NCBI GenBank assembly: GCA_002269645.1
Contig: NIVC01001154.1
Coordinates: 1 to 64,000 of the forward strand
From: Macrostomum lignano
Taxonomy: Eukaryota
Direction: 5' to 3'
DNA length: 64,000 bases
Shown here: positions 1 through 8,857 of the stretch, piece after piece
How positions within the stretch are numbered: position 1 is the stretch's first letter
Layout: the number at the start of each line of letters is the position of its first letter
Notes under the pieces: generated by a model
What the model was told of the DNA's origin: nothing
The model's input: only the letters and a program-made list of their open reading frames with translations
The model's database searches: none
Program-made: the position numbers and the translations under genes

Positions 1-280
1 TATTTTCCTTTTTGCAGTAATTGGAGTCTTCTGTTCCAAAAGCTGGCGTATATATCTGCGATGCTTTCAAGTCGTCTTTTGTTACAGTTACTAATTTTAA
101 TACGTCCACTAATAATATTAAAACAGAAAGTCTACTAGACATCGTATCTCCGACTCTGAAAGTGTTTGTAAAAACTTTTCTCTGCTTTGGATGCTTTAGC
201 CGATAAACAATTTGTAGTAAAAAAGCACACTGACACAATGAGCGAGCATTTTGTTTTCCTTTTTCTGTTAGTTCGCTCAT
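1..280 (-). pseudogene. Small basic Maverick-type ORF downstream of penton, frameshifted, truncated by window edge
   Basis: ATG at 280; manual translation with two 1-nt shifts at T-runs gives ...KQRKVLQTLSESEIRCLVDFLFNIISGRIKISNCNKRRLESIADIY...LLQKGK, resembling from memory the small basic ORF that often neighbours Maverick pentons. Confidence 0.4.
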
Positions 281-325
281 TCTTACAAAACAAATTCACA
301 AAATTTTCTATTACACAATTAATCT

Positions 326-334
326 TTGCTTATA
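326..334 (-). promoter_or_regulatory. TATAAGCAA motif (candidate viral TATA box) 46 nt upstream of ATG 280; overlaps penton stop codon
   Basis: Identical 9-mer at 326-334, 1368-1376 and 2527-2535, each just upstream of a minus-strand viral ORF. Confidence 0.45.
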
Positions 335-1325
335 AATTAGTCCGACCTATGTTTAAAATGCAGTACGACAACAACGTGTGCTCCGGATCAAAATTAAACG
401 GTTTTCCGCGCTGGTCCGATAGTCGAATCGAAATCTCGTGAATTTGTTGTCGATTTGTTTTCAAGTAGTAGGGTGTTTGCAATGCACTGCTATCGCGTAT
501 AAGTTCTCCGTTTTTCTTTTGTTGGAGTTCCACAACTCGAAGCAACGGTACTGATGTACTTCCCACTGCTTGATACTCGATTATATCTGTGTAACAGTAC
601 ATGTAAACCGTTTTACTAGGCATCGGAGAAGGTAGCACAGCATCCAAGTAGGTTTTGTTAATGCGCCAAACACGATTTCTCAACCAATATTGGTGTACTT
701 TGATGTACACTTCTCCTTCCGTTTTTCGAAGATAGTCTCCATGCGAAACAAGTCGTATAGCTTCACCAGGCGATAGAACACAATAAAAAACATAATAGTT
801 CTCAGGTACTAGCGCTAGAGTATTGTCGAGACTTTTTATCAAATCCAAGTATGAACCATCCGGTGGTTGTACACTACCAGCGGCAGGTTTTGATAATTTT
901 TCCGAGACAAGTCCAGAAAGTTTCTTCCAAGAGTCAAATTTGAAAGCGTCCATAAATGTAACTGGTAGTTCTAATCCAATAGTTTTTTCGCCTGAATTTC
1001 GTAAAAGCCAGGCAAATTTTTCATCTGTACCAGACGGTTGCCAGGAAACGTAAGCATCCAAGTCTGCCTCTGCCCAAACACGACCCCAATAGTTTTTCTT
1101 TAATCGTATTATTGAGTCAATGTCCGCAAAATATGGAACTTCAAATCGACGCTCACGATGAGCATTTGGCGTCGTAATTGCTCCATGGCACAGTAATTCA
1201 ACTAGTGCAACCTCGAAGAATCCGTTCAATAAATTTATTGGTTCAGTTAGTCGCACTCGAAATTCATTAGGCGAGTTGGTTTCGTAACTGATATCGTTTG
1301 ACGGCAAAAAAACGTAAAAACTCAT
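330..1325 (-). CDS. Minor capsid protein (penton), Polinton/adintovirus type; intact, ~331 aa
   Basis: N-terminal MSFYVFLPSN...NEFRVRLTEPINL...FEVALVEL and C-terminal YCYTDIIEYQAVGSTSVPLLRVV...YYLKTNRQQIHEISIRLSDQRG match the characteristic Maverick penton pattern; ATG at 1325. Confidence 0.85.
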   Translation of the reverse strand: MSFYVFLPSNDISYETNSPNEFRVRLTEPINLLNGFFEVALVELLCHGAITTPNAHRERRFEVPYFADIDSIIRLKKNYWGRVWAEADLDAYVSWQPSGTDEKFAWLLRNSGEKTIGLELPVTFMDAFKFDSWKKLSGLVSEKLSKPAAGSVQPPDGSYLDLIKSLDNTLALVPENYYVFYCVLSPGEAIRLVSHGDYLRKTEGEVYIKVHQYWLRNRVWRINKTYLDAVLPSPMPSKTVYMYCYTDIIEYQAVGSTSVPLLRVVELQQKKNGELIRDSSALQTPYYLKTNRQQIHEISIRLSDQRGKPFNFDPEHTLLSYCILNIGRTNL

Positions 1326-1367
1326 TTTGAAATAAAACACAAACTAATATTGACAACAGTTTATAAT

Positions 1368-1376
1368 TTGCTTATA
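1368..1376 (-). promoter_or_regulatory. TATAAGCAA motif 43 nt upstream of penton ATG
   Basis: Same 9-mer, in the short gap between ATPase stop (1383) and penton start (1325). Confidence 0.45.
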
Positions 1377-1382
1377 ATAATA

Positions 1383-2070
1383 TTACACAAACTTTGCATC
1401 ACATTCACGAGTATAGACAACTTGTTCATCACCAGAAAATATTCCTGTTCTCAATCGTAAAAAATCTGGTGTCACTTGCCGCAGGTCAATGAATAAATAT
1501 GAAAAAGGTTTGTTATTTGTTGCGTCTTCATACACATTCACTAGAAACCTACTATTACGCGATACATTTGTCGACCGAGATGTTCAACTGTGGTTCGATC
1601 GCGCACACTACGAGTTAGACAAATATAACTAGCTGATAAACTTCGCATGCGTGCTTCTGGATCAGACTTGTTAAAAAGACCTTGACAAAGGTACAGACAA
1701 GTCAAAGGGATATGATGCGCATGCTTTGTAAACATACTAGTAAATTCTGGCAACTTAGCAATCTCGCTTTGCAAGTCGTCAACAACAACCAAATCGTGTG
1801 GTAAAAACGATTAATCATCTGTGGTGTGAATTCGGGTACAAAAACAATAGGGTCAAGACCGCTTTTTTGCCAGCATGTTCTAATTCGTTGTTGATCGTCT
1901 GGTTTCAAACTTGATCCATGGCACCAAACAAGACGGCACGGTTTTTTATCAAATAATTCTTTTCGTTCAGTCAACAAACGCAACGTCCATTCAGTTTTAC
2001 CCGAGTTTGAAGGTCCAGCAATAATAAATGTAGAATCGTGAGCTAGTTGCATATTGTATGGCTGCTGCAT
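1383..2070 (-). pseudogene. A32/FtsK-like DNA packaging ATPase, two apparent 1-nt deletions
   Basis: Walker A FIIAGPSNSGKT, Walker B VVVDDLQ, then Q-x-LF-N-K and GRQMY(P)RNSRFLVNVYEDAT...FSYLFIDL...LRLRTGIF. Frame is restored by adding one T near 1805 and one C near 1560 (minus-strand sense). Confidence 0.9.
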
Positions 2071-2072
2071 TT

Positions 2073-2514
2073 TCAAGCACCAAAGCGTTGCTTAACTTGC
2101 ATAACCTTGGTAACCAACTTCGCAGCTAGTTTTTCTTTCCAACCAGTAGACGGATCGTGGGCAATCTCTCGTGCACGATTCTAATAGCTTATCAGCTTTT
2201 AACCTCTCTTGCACGTCAGAATTTTTATCATAGGCCACGTCGTGAAGCATGCACAAATTGTCAAGCCGATTAATTCCTCGTTGTCCTTTTGCTAGCCTAG
2301 CTTGCAGTTGCGTACCTGGACCACAAAACTGATATCCGCCGGGTAAATGTGCTTCAAATGGTAAATGATTAATTAACCAATTTACGACACCATAACCTTG
2401 TTGCTTTTTATTAATCTTTCTAATAGATTTCTTCTTTTTACGAATGCTCTTCTTTTTCTTTTTAAAACCTCGATCTTTCGCTGGAGACATTTTTACAACA
2501 TATATTTTAGGCAT
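2073..2514 (-). pseudogene. Parvovirus-like phospholipase A2 (PLA2X) with Lys-rich N-terminus; one frameshift near 2180
   Basis: HLPGGYQFCGPGT Ca-binding loop and GINRLDNLCMLHDVAY catalytic HD motif; shifted frame continues RAREIAHDPSTGWKEKLAAKLVTKVMQVKQRFGA* ending at TGA 2073. Confidence 0.85.
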
Positions 2515-2526
2515 AAATTTTTAAAA

Positions 2527-2535
2527 TTGCTTATA
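2527..2535 (-). promoter_or_regulatory. TATAAGCAA motif upstream of PLA2 ORF (37 nt from ATG 2490, 13 nt from ATG 2514)
   Basis: Third identical copy of the 9-mer. Confidence 0.4.
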
Positions 2536-2605
2536 GTATTTACAAAGCTCTCGCATAGTGCACCAATCACCAAAGAAAAAAATCAGTTTATTATTATTAT
2601 TATAC

Positions 2606-3084
2606 TTATTGGCCAGTGCTGCCAAAGCCGCCAAAGCCGCGCCGCTTGGTCGGCGGCTCAATCATCCGAATCGAATTGTCTGCTTCAGTCACATAGACTG
2701 AAGCAAGCACGGCCTGCTCCAGAACCAGTTGTGCAATACTGAGCCCGGCATAGTACTCAAAGTCTTCCGGACTGTAATTAAACAAGACTATACAGATTTC
2801 ACCAGTATAGTCGGGGTCGATTACGCCACCGCCAACAAATAAGCTGTGCAGAGCCATGCTGGAACGTCCCTATCCTGCCATAGGTACCAGGCGGTAAGCG
2901 AATTTTGAGTCCGGTTCGCACACTCCGGGACTCGTAGGCCGGAATGGTACCATCGACGCCGCGCAAAGATCATACCCGATCGACCCGACAGTTTTTCGGG
3001 TCGGAATCGTTGCCGAATCGTATAGACGTTCAACTAAAAGCTTACGATCAGTTAGTTGTTGTTGCTGCTGCTGCTCGGATTCAT
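2606..3084 (-). pseudogene. dut: Trimeric dUTPase, split by frameshifts
   Basis: All five motifs recoverable across frames: GSIGYDL; GTYGRI-x-GRSSMA; GVIDPDYTGEI; GLSIAQLV; RGFGGFGSTG. Start position approximate. Confidence 0.9.
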
Positions 3085-3413
3085 GTCGATTCTTGTAGCT
3101 GAAAGTTTAAAAAAAAGTTTTTTTTCTTGAAACATGAACGATAGCACTACATTTACGTCTACTACAAACACAAGCTTAGTCTTGAGAATCTAACTATAAA
3201 AAATATACTTTTTCAAATAATTAAACACAAAAAAGTGCTAAAATTATAATTTAAACGAATGCCGGTATCATTTATTTATTGTAAATAATGATCAATGAAA
3301 AAATTAATGATGGGTTACAGTCTTCTATAGCATGCTATTACTTTGTACAACAAAAGAGATCAGAGCATATTGTTAATTAATTAGCCAAGTGCCAGTGTCC
3401 AAAGGGTAGCGAA

Positions 3414-4451
3414 TTAATTGAACTTGTCCAGGATCGCTTCGTATCGAAGAAGCTTAGTGCAAGTTTTCTTTGTTGCATCAAAAAAAACTTTCTGTTTTCG
3501 AGAACGAATGGACTGTATGCGCGAAAACACAAGTTGTCGCTTGTGTAAGACTCTTAAATAGTCTTGATGCTTTAAACTGCTCTGTGCGGCTTTAGAAGCA
3601 GTACTGCTCCAGCTTTGCGACCGATTGAGACTGGAACTTTAAACGATTGCTGCTTAACCAGACCGGACCGGACTGGACCGGACCGGACTGGACCGGACTC
3701 CCCGCGCCCGCCGCCGCCGCGCCGCCGCCGCACCACCACCACCACCACCGCCGCCACCACCACCACTGCCGCCGCCCGCCCCCACACCACCGTGGGACGT
3801 ATTTGTTGACAGTGTGCTTGCATGGCTTTTGCGATAAACGCAGAGCATCAAGTCTAGCTGCTCGATTGCTCTATATTGCCAATTACTACCTCGAGATTGA
3901 AAATTGTCAATTTTTATTAACAACTGATTAATAACGCGTGCGAACCAGTCATTGTAGGCCTCGGGAGATAACAGCATGTCACTGTTTGTAATCGTCTCAT
4001 CAAATGATATTGTCGCAATGTTGGTATTAAAATAGACCGAAATGATCTCTTCGCTGCTCGAGCCATCGTTGTCGTCTGCTGCTGTTTTCGGTCGAAATAG
4101 TGTCACTTTCAAGTGAAAGCAGACTCTTATTAATAAACTGGGTGAGCCAATTTTTTCCAATATTTTAAATATTGGTTCTCTTAAAGACGCAATCAACTCG
4201 CCAGGAAGTAACTCGCCAGAGCTGTTGCCTTGTTGTTCAAGAGTGGGAGTAAATTCGACAAAATTTACCCGACCACGATGAGCTGACTCGCGCAAAGCGA
4301 TGGACCACCCATCTGGTGGGTTTTCGATCAGGTTTTGCAGCGATCCGGTCAGTAATCGTTGCGGTGAAAAACAAGCACCATGCGAGTGAGCATGCAGCTC
4401 GGCTTGATTACTGAACTTTTTTCTGCAGATTTGGCATTGTGCACGCGGCAT
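3414..4451 (-). pseudogene. Zn-finger plus GSxW-motif protein resembling the N-terminal region of Polinton protein-primed PolB, with a microsatellite-derived Gly-rich insert; no polymerase core
   Basis: CQICRKKFSNQAELHAH (C2H2-like) and IDNFQSRGSNWQYRAIEQLDLMLCVY; downstream of the (CCG/CCA/CCGGA)n tract, shifted frames give SFKVPVSIGRKAGAV and TTCVFAH. 3' end approximate. Confidence 0.5.
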
Positions 4452-4674
4452 TGTGTGCACCTAGCTCGACAACGAGCGTATCGAGCATAATATTAATAGA
4501 TGATCCGGTTTGTCATTTGCGGCTGTAAGAAAAATGATGATTTGGTTAGTTATAGGTATAGCTGACACGTTTACTATTAGAGAAAACAATTGGTAAATAA
4601 ATAAAAAAAGACAAAATGTTTGTAAAAGAATGCATCGCAACTGCGATTTGACAGCAATTGTTTACTTGTTAAGT

Positions 4675-5268
4675 TTAGTTATTAACAGAGATTAAAAAAT
4701 CCTTGACATGGTTAAGAATATTATTCAATTCATGAGTGTTTTGAACGCCCATAATAACAAACTTTTTCGAAAAAAATATGTTACAAAAAAGCCTTGGTTT
4801 TGATGCTGATCTAACAGAAACTGCTTGTGGGAAATTTTCTGCATCGTATCCAACCAGATAATTCGAATAGTAGCCTGCATATCTTTTTAGACTAGAGAAA
4901 CCGAATTTTGGCCAAAGATGACCAATAAAGCCGACATAGGTACTGCTCTGAATTTTTACTGAATCAAAATCTACACAATTAATAGTGTCGTTGATAAATC
5001 GTAAAACTGAGACTATCTGAGAATTTGATTTACAGCCATATATAGTTAGTTTTCCTGCTGGATAAAGTTGGATTTTAGCATTTGAATAAATTGTCTTTAG
5101 CATTGTTGGTCGGCTTAGGAATAGTTTGCAAAACCGGTTTCTGGTCTGTAGCTTCTGTTTGGTCTGCTTTAAATCAAATTTTCAAACGGGTGCAGCTTCA
5201 GACTCGCAGTAACTATTAATAGGACAAGTCGCTAAAACGGAAAATAAATAATAAGAAAAGTTAAACAT
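4675..5268 (-). CDS. TBP: TATA-binding protein (TBP)-like, two-repeat saddle; one in-frame TGA at 5182-5184
   Basis: KFDLKQ ~ KLDLKT; AKIQLYPAGKLTIYGCKS ~ TALIFSSGKMVCTGAKS; FDSVKIQS ~ FLDFKIQN; YDAENFPQAVSVRSASKPRLFCNIFFSKKFVIMGVQ ~ [34 protein letters not shown] (comparison with the human TBP core from memory). ATG 5268 is in frame with ORF 4675..5103. Confidence 0.8.
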
Positions 5269-5440
5269 GACTATACTATCGTAAATTCTAATATTAAATT
5301 ACAAAACCTGGTTAGCGTACAAGGAGTAGCAAAAATGTTTTGAGCTTTTCCCTAAAAAATAATATTTCCCTAGCCAAAAATTTGATAAATATAGTGGAAT
5401 AAGTTAGTTAAAACTTGGATAAAATTAGTCAAAAATTTTG

Positions 5441-6271
5441 TTACTCATCATCAGAGCTGCTGTACGAGTCGTCCGATGAAGACACGCTAGCTGTAGTAGC
5501 GTCCGCAGCAGCACGCTTTAAAAATGCTGTCTCCTTGGACGCTACCCTGGTTCCAGAGGCAGGTGTACTCACCAAGATCTTTGCTGGTGGAGCCTCCACC
5601 CAGTCTGTGCCATCTGCACCAGCTTCGGCAGAATTGTTTTGCTGTTTTGCACCGCTGCGTTTTCGAACTTGCTTTTTAGGCGGCGGTTCAATAGAGGCTG
5701 GCGCTGCATTCGATGTAGTCGACTTCTTCGATACGGTGGTGGTAGACCGACGCTTTGCAGGTGACTTGGCAGGTGTCACCTGGCTTGAATTCTGCAGGCT
5801 TTGTTCATTTGCTTCTTCTTGCTCACAGGTAGATGTTGGGGACGGACTCCTGCTTCTAATTGCTGACTTGGTCGCGGGTAGGTGTGCAAGCACTCCCTTG
5901 AACATGTCGAGGCGCTGCAACATGTTGTCGGAAGATTCTATGAGTGTCAGAGAGCGCACAGCGAATGTAATGCGCCAGACGAGGCAGCCTTTTGGACAAT
6001 ACAAGCTCGTTGCTTGCACTGTCATTTGGTAGGTACCGCTGACACCTTTGAAATCGGAAATGGACACCTCCTTCCCGTGTGGATGATCGTTGCTGATCCT
6101 GATTGTGGCACAAGGGTAAGCAGGCTTTATAGCCAGCCATTGTTGAGGCACAAACTCGAGGACGTCGTTAGCATGCTGATGAGCTGGTTTTGTTAGTCGT
6201 GCCAAGGGTCGAGCATCTTGAATCTCGTTCAACTTGACCGATAGACCTTTTTCGACTTGACTGCAAAACAT
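5441..6271 (-). CDS. Hypothetical viral protein, 276 aa: globular N-terminus, S/T/K-rich disordered C-terminus with NLS-like PPKKQVRKR and acidic tail
   Basis: Long ATG-initiated ORF, co-oriented and tightly packed within the element; no family recognised with confidence. Confidence 0.65.
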   Translation of the reverse strand: MFCSQVEKGLSVKLNEIQDARPLARLTKPAHQHANDVLEFVPQQWLAIKPAYPCATIRISNDHPHGKEVSISDFKGVSGTYQMTVQATSLYCPKGCLVWRITFAVRSLTLIESSDNMLQRLDMFKGVLAHLPATKSAIRSRSPSPTSTCEQEEANEQSLQNSSQVTPAKSPAKRRSTTTVSKKSTTSNAAPASIEPPPKKQVRKRSGAKQQNNSAEAGADGTDWVEAPPAKILVSTPASGTRVASKETAFLKRAAADATTASVSSSDDSYSSSDDE

Positions 6272-6327
6272 TATATAAATTATGAATATAGTTTCCTAAA
6301 ATTAATTGTATAAATTTAATATGGTGC

Positions 6328-6812
6328 TCACCGGAGAGAGTGGAAGAGTTCCTTATCGCAGCTGTCTGGATGAAATTGGACACTTACTGCGTCGCGAGAG
6401 TCGTGTCTGCAAGACGGATGATCGAGCTCTGGCCTTTCTGCGATTCCACGAAAAAGCTCCATTGGAGCCTTGGTTTGCAATATAATTGGGTACCATTTTG
6501 TACACTCGATTGATGGTTTCCACGCAATAGATCGAAACTGGCAGGACGAACCAGTCGTGGTTGTAGACTGCTCTCCAACGTAAAAAATCGGACTCGAGTC
6601 GGAGCGTACAATTGACTCCGTCTTGATGCAAGCTGCCATGTCTTACAAGCAATTGAATATAGTATTTCTTTTGCTGTAATGATTGAGCTCATGAAAAATT
6701 GACCATTTCGGGTCTTGTATTTATAGCAAGCTTTGCATGCTGTTTGTGAACTAGTAAACAAATTTAATTGTTGCGTGCTGATTAAGACATTGTTGCGTGC
6801 CAAAGGTGGCAT
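6328..6812 (-). CDS. Hypothetical viral ORF(s); true reading frame ambiguous, probably frameshifted
   Basis: Three overlapping minus-strand ORFs (6328-6639, 6353-6652, 6384-6812) occupy a gene-sized slot in the co-oriented cluster. Confidence 0.35.
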
Positions 6813-7329
6813 AAGTTTCTAGGGTGGGTTGCATGATTAGATCTAATTTTACGCAAATGTAGGTTGATATTTTATACAATAAAATTAATGAATCTTAGGC
6901 ACACTAGTTATAAATTTGCAAGAGTAACACGATGGCAAGCGTTTAATAAGAAGACTGCTGGTTGCTGCTTCATTAGATTGGTTTTGTTCTCAAGTAGAAT
7001 GTAATTAAAATATTTTGCGACTTGAAAAATTAGCAATCTTGGATTTTAGAGTAAAAATAAGCTGCACGCGGTGCTATGAAATTAATTTATTGAAAGTTTT
7101 GCTTGCATGTTGGAATTTTTTAGCTCGCACGGTGACAAGAGATTGCTTGAGTAACCTATATATAGAGTGTTACTTTTCAAACAGAAAAAGGTATAGTTGT
7201 AACTCAGCTTTTGCAGTCCTATATTGAGCAGAAGCTATATAGAGTTACACTATCATGCTGCGACGCGCAGCTTGTTGGGACTATAATGACTGCCGCTGCT
7301 ATAACCGCATGCAGTCAGTGCAGTTGACA

Positions 7330-8040
7330 CACAAATGCTGTTTGGACTAAGCTAAATTACTGTGTTGAGACAGTTAAGCTGGACCACGGCTAAATCACTA
7401 TTGATACGGTTAATTGCTACTAGACCCATGGCTAAATCACTGTACGTTGAGACGGTTAAGCTGGACCACGACTAAATCGCTGTACGTTGAGACGGTGGTT
7501 AAGCTGGACCATGGTTATAAAACTGGACGGGTGGTTAAGCTGGACGACTACAGCTAAAATTACTGTTGAGTCAGTTATGCTAGACCACAGCAGCCAAATC
7601 ACAGTTGAGGTAAAGCTGACCATAGCTAATTCTCACTGTTGAGACGGGTGCTGCTGCTTGGCTCACAGCTAAATAACTGGACAGTTAAGCTAATCGGACT
7701 ACAGCTAAATCCCTGTTGAGACAGTTGCCTGGACCACAGCTAAAATCACTGTTGAGGCAGTTAAGTCTGGACAACAGCTAAAATTACTGTTGAGACAGTT
7801 AAGCCTTGACTATAGCTAAATCATCGTTGAGGTAGTTAAGCCTGGACTATAGCTAAATCACTGTTGATGCAGTTTTAAGCTAGACCACAGCTAAATCATA
7901 CTGCTGAGGCAAAAAAGCCGGACCACGGCTAAAAACTGTTGAGGCAAAAGCTGGACCACAGCTAAATCATACTGTTGAGGCAAAAGCTGGACCACAGCTA
8001 AATCATACTGTTGAGGCAAAAGCCAGACCATGGCTAAAGA
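7330..8040. repeat. Degenerate tandem array, ~35-40 bp unit (GTTAAGCTGGACCACAGCTAAATCACTGTTGAGACA-like)
   Basis: Roughly 18 diverged copies readable directly. Confidence 0.85.
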
Positions 8041-8288
8041 AACGTATGAAAAAAAAATTATTTGCATGGATTAATAATTTTTGTTTAATGATGACTGTAC
8101 AAGATATTGACTTTATATTGAATTAAATAATTTCAATAAATGGCGAATAAAATTGAAAGAATTTTTTAGAATAATGAATTTATAGAGATTATATTATTGA
8201 TTACAGACTTGTTTGATATATACTAAAAGAGCAATTACTTGGACACATTGCTGGCAAAATTTTATGAAGAGTTAGAAAAAATGTCTTT

Positions 8289-8840
8289 TTAAGATAGGTC
8301 CCAATATTCAAATACTTGAGTTGTATTACAGGTCTTTGGTAATTCTACTTGGTAGAAGCCTGTGCTCATTTGAGAGACTTTTACAGACTTGATGTCCTTC
8401 TGTACAATAATTGGCGAGTTTAGCAGCGGTTGAACTTGGGTAGAAATAGCAATTGATGATGATGGTGTTTCAGTTGCTGTCGTTGGTTTGGTACTTGTAG
8501 GCTTACTGCAAGTTTGCTTTGTTGGGTCATTGTAGCTGGTTGGTGATGGTGGTGGTGGTGCATACTGCAGTTGGTCAGTTGGTCGTGGGTTCGATTGCTG
8601 CCTAATTGACTGAATAACATCAGTTCTTGTGTAAATGCGATCTAGCTCAGTTGTCTGTCTCTCGACATGAATCGAGGTTACTCTGGCGAGAGATGTAGAA
8701 TATGATGCTCTTGCAGCAGAATTGGATGTGGTGGTGTCGTGGCAAATGCGTTTGCACTGATCTGGAGGTGGCCGCGTGAAGAAACCATTCTTGAATGCTA
8801 TAATAATGGATAAGATGAGGGAAATTTGGTATAGGTGCAT
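8289..8840 (-). CDS. Hypothetical 183-aa protein with hydrophobic N-terminus (signal/anchor) and T/S/P-rich body
   Basis: ATG-initiated intronless ORF, LYQISLILSIIIAF then mucin-like region; membership of the viral element is uncertain. Confidence 0.4.
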   Translation of the reverse strand: MHLYQISLILSIIIAFKNGFFTRPPPDQCKRICHDTTTSNSAARASYSTSLARVTSIHVERQTTELDRIYTRTDVIQSIRQQSNPRPTDQLQYAPPPPSPTSYNDPTKQTCSKPTSTKPTTATETPSSSIAISTQVQPLLNSPIIVQKDIKSVKVSQMSTGFYQVELPKTCNTTQVFEYWDLS

Positions 8841-8857
8841 GTATACAATGTATATAG

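Larger units (their letters stand above)
1..6812 (-). mobile_element. Polinton/Maverick (adintovirus-like) endogenous viral element, partial; continues beyond left edge, right boundary unresolved (may extend to ~9.8 kb)
   Basis: Compact, intronless, co-oriented cluster of penton, A32-like ATPase and PLA2 (hallmark Polinton/adintovirus genes) plus dUTPase and TBP-like genes; PLA2 stop lies 2 nt before the ATPase ATG; AT-rich compared with host exons. No MCP, integrase, protease or PolB core seen in the window. Confidence 0.9.

Noticed and set aside
5415-6196. Plus-strand ORFs 5415-6032 and 5882-6196
   Set aside because: Antisense shadows of the 276-aa minus-strand ORF; all other viral genes are on the minus strand.
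1-6812. Alternative genetic code (TGA=Trp) for the viral element
   Set aside because: Only one in-frame TGA; conserved Trp uses TGG; the repaired PLA2 ends at a TGA 2 nt before the ATPase ATG; other breaks are indels.
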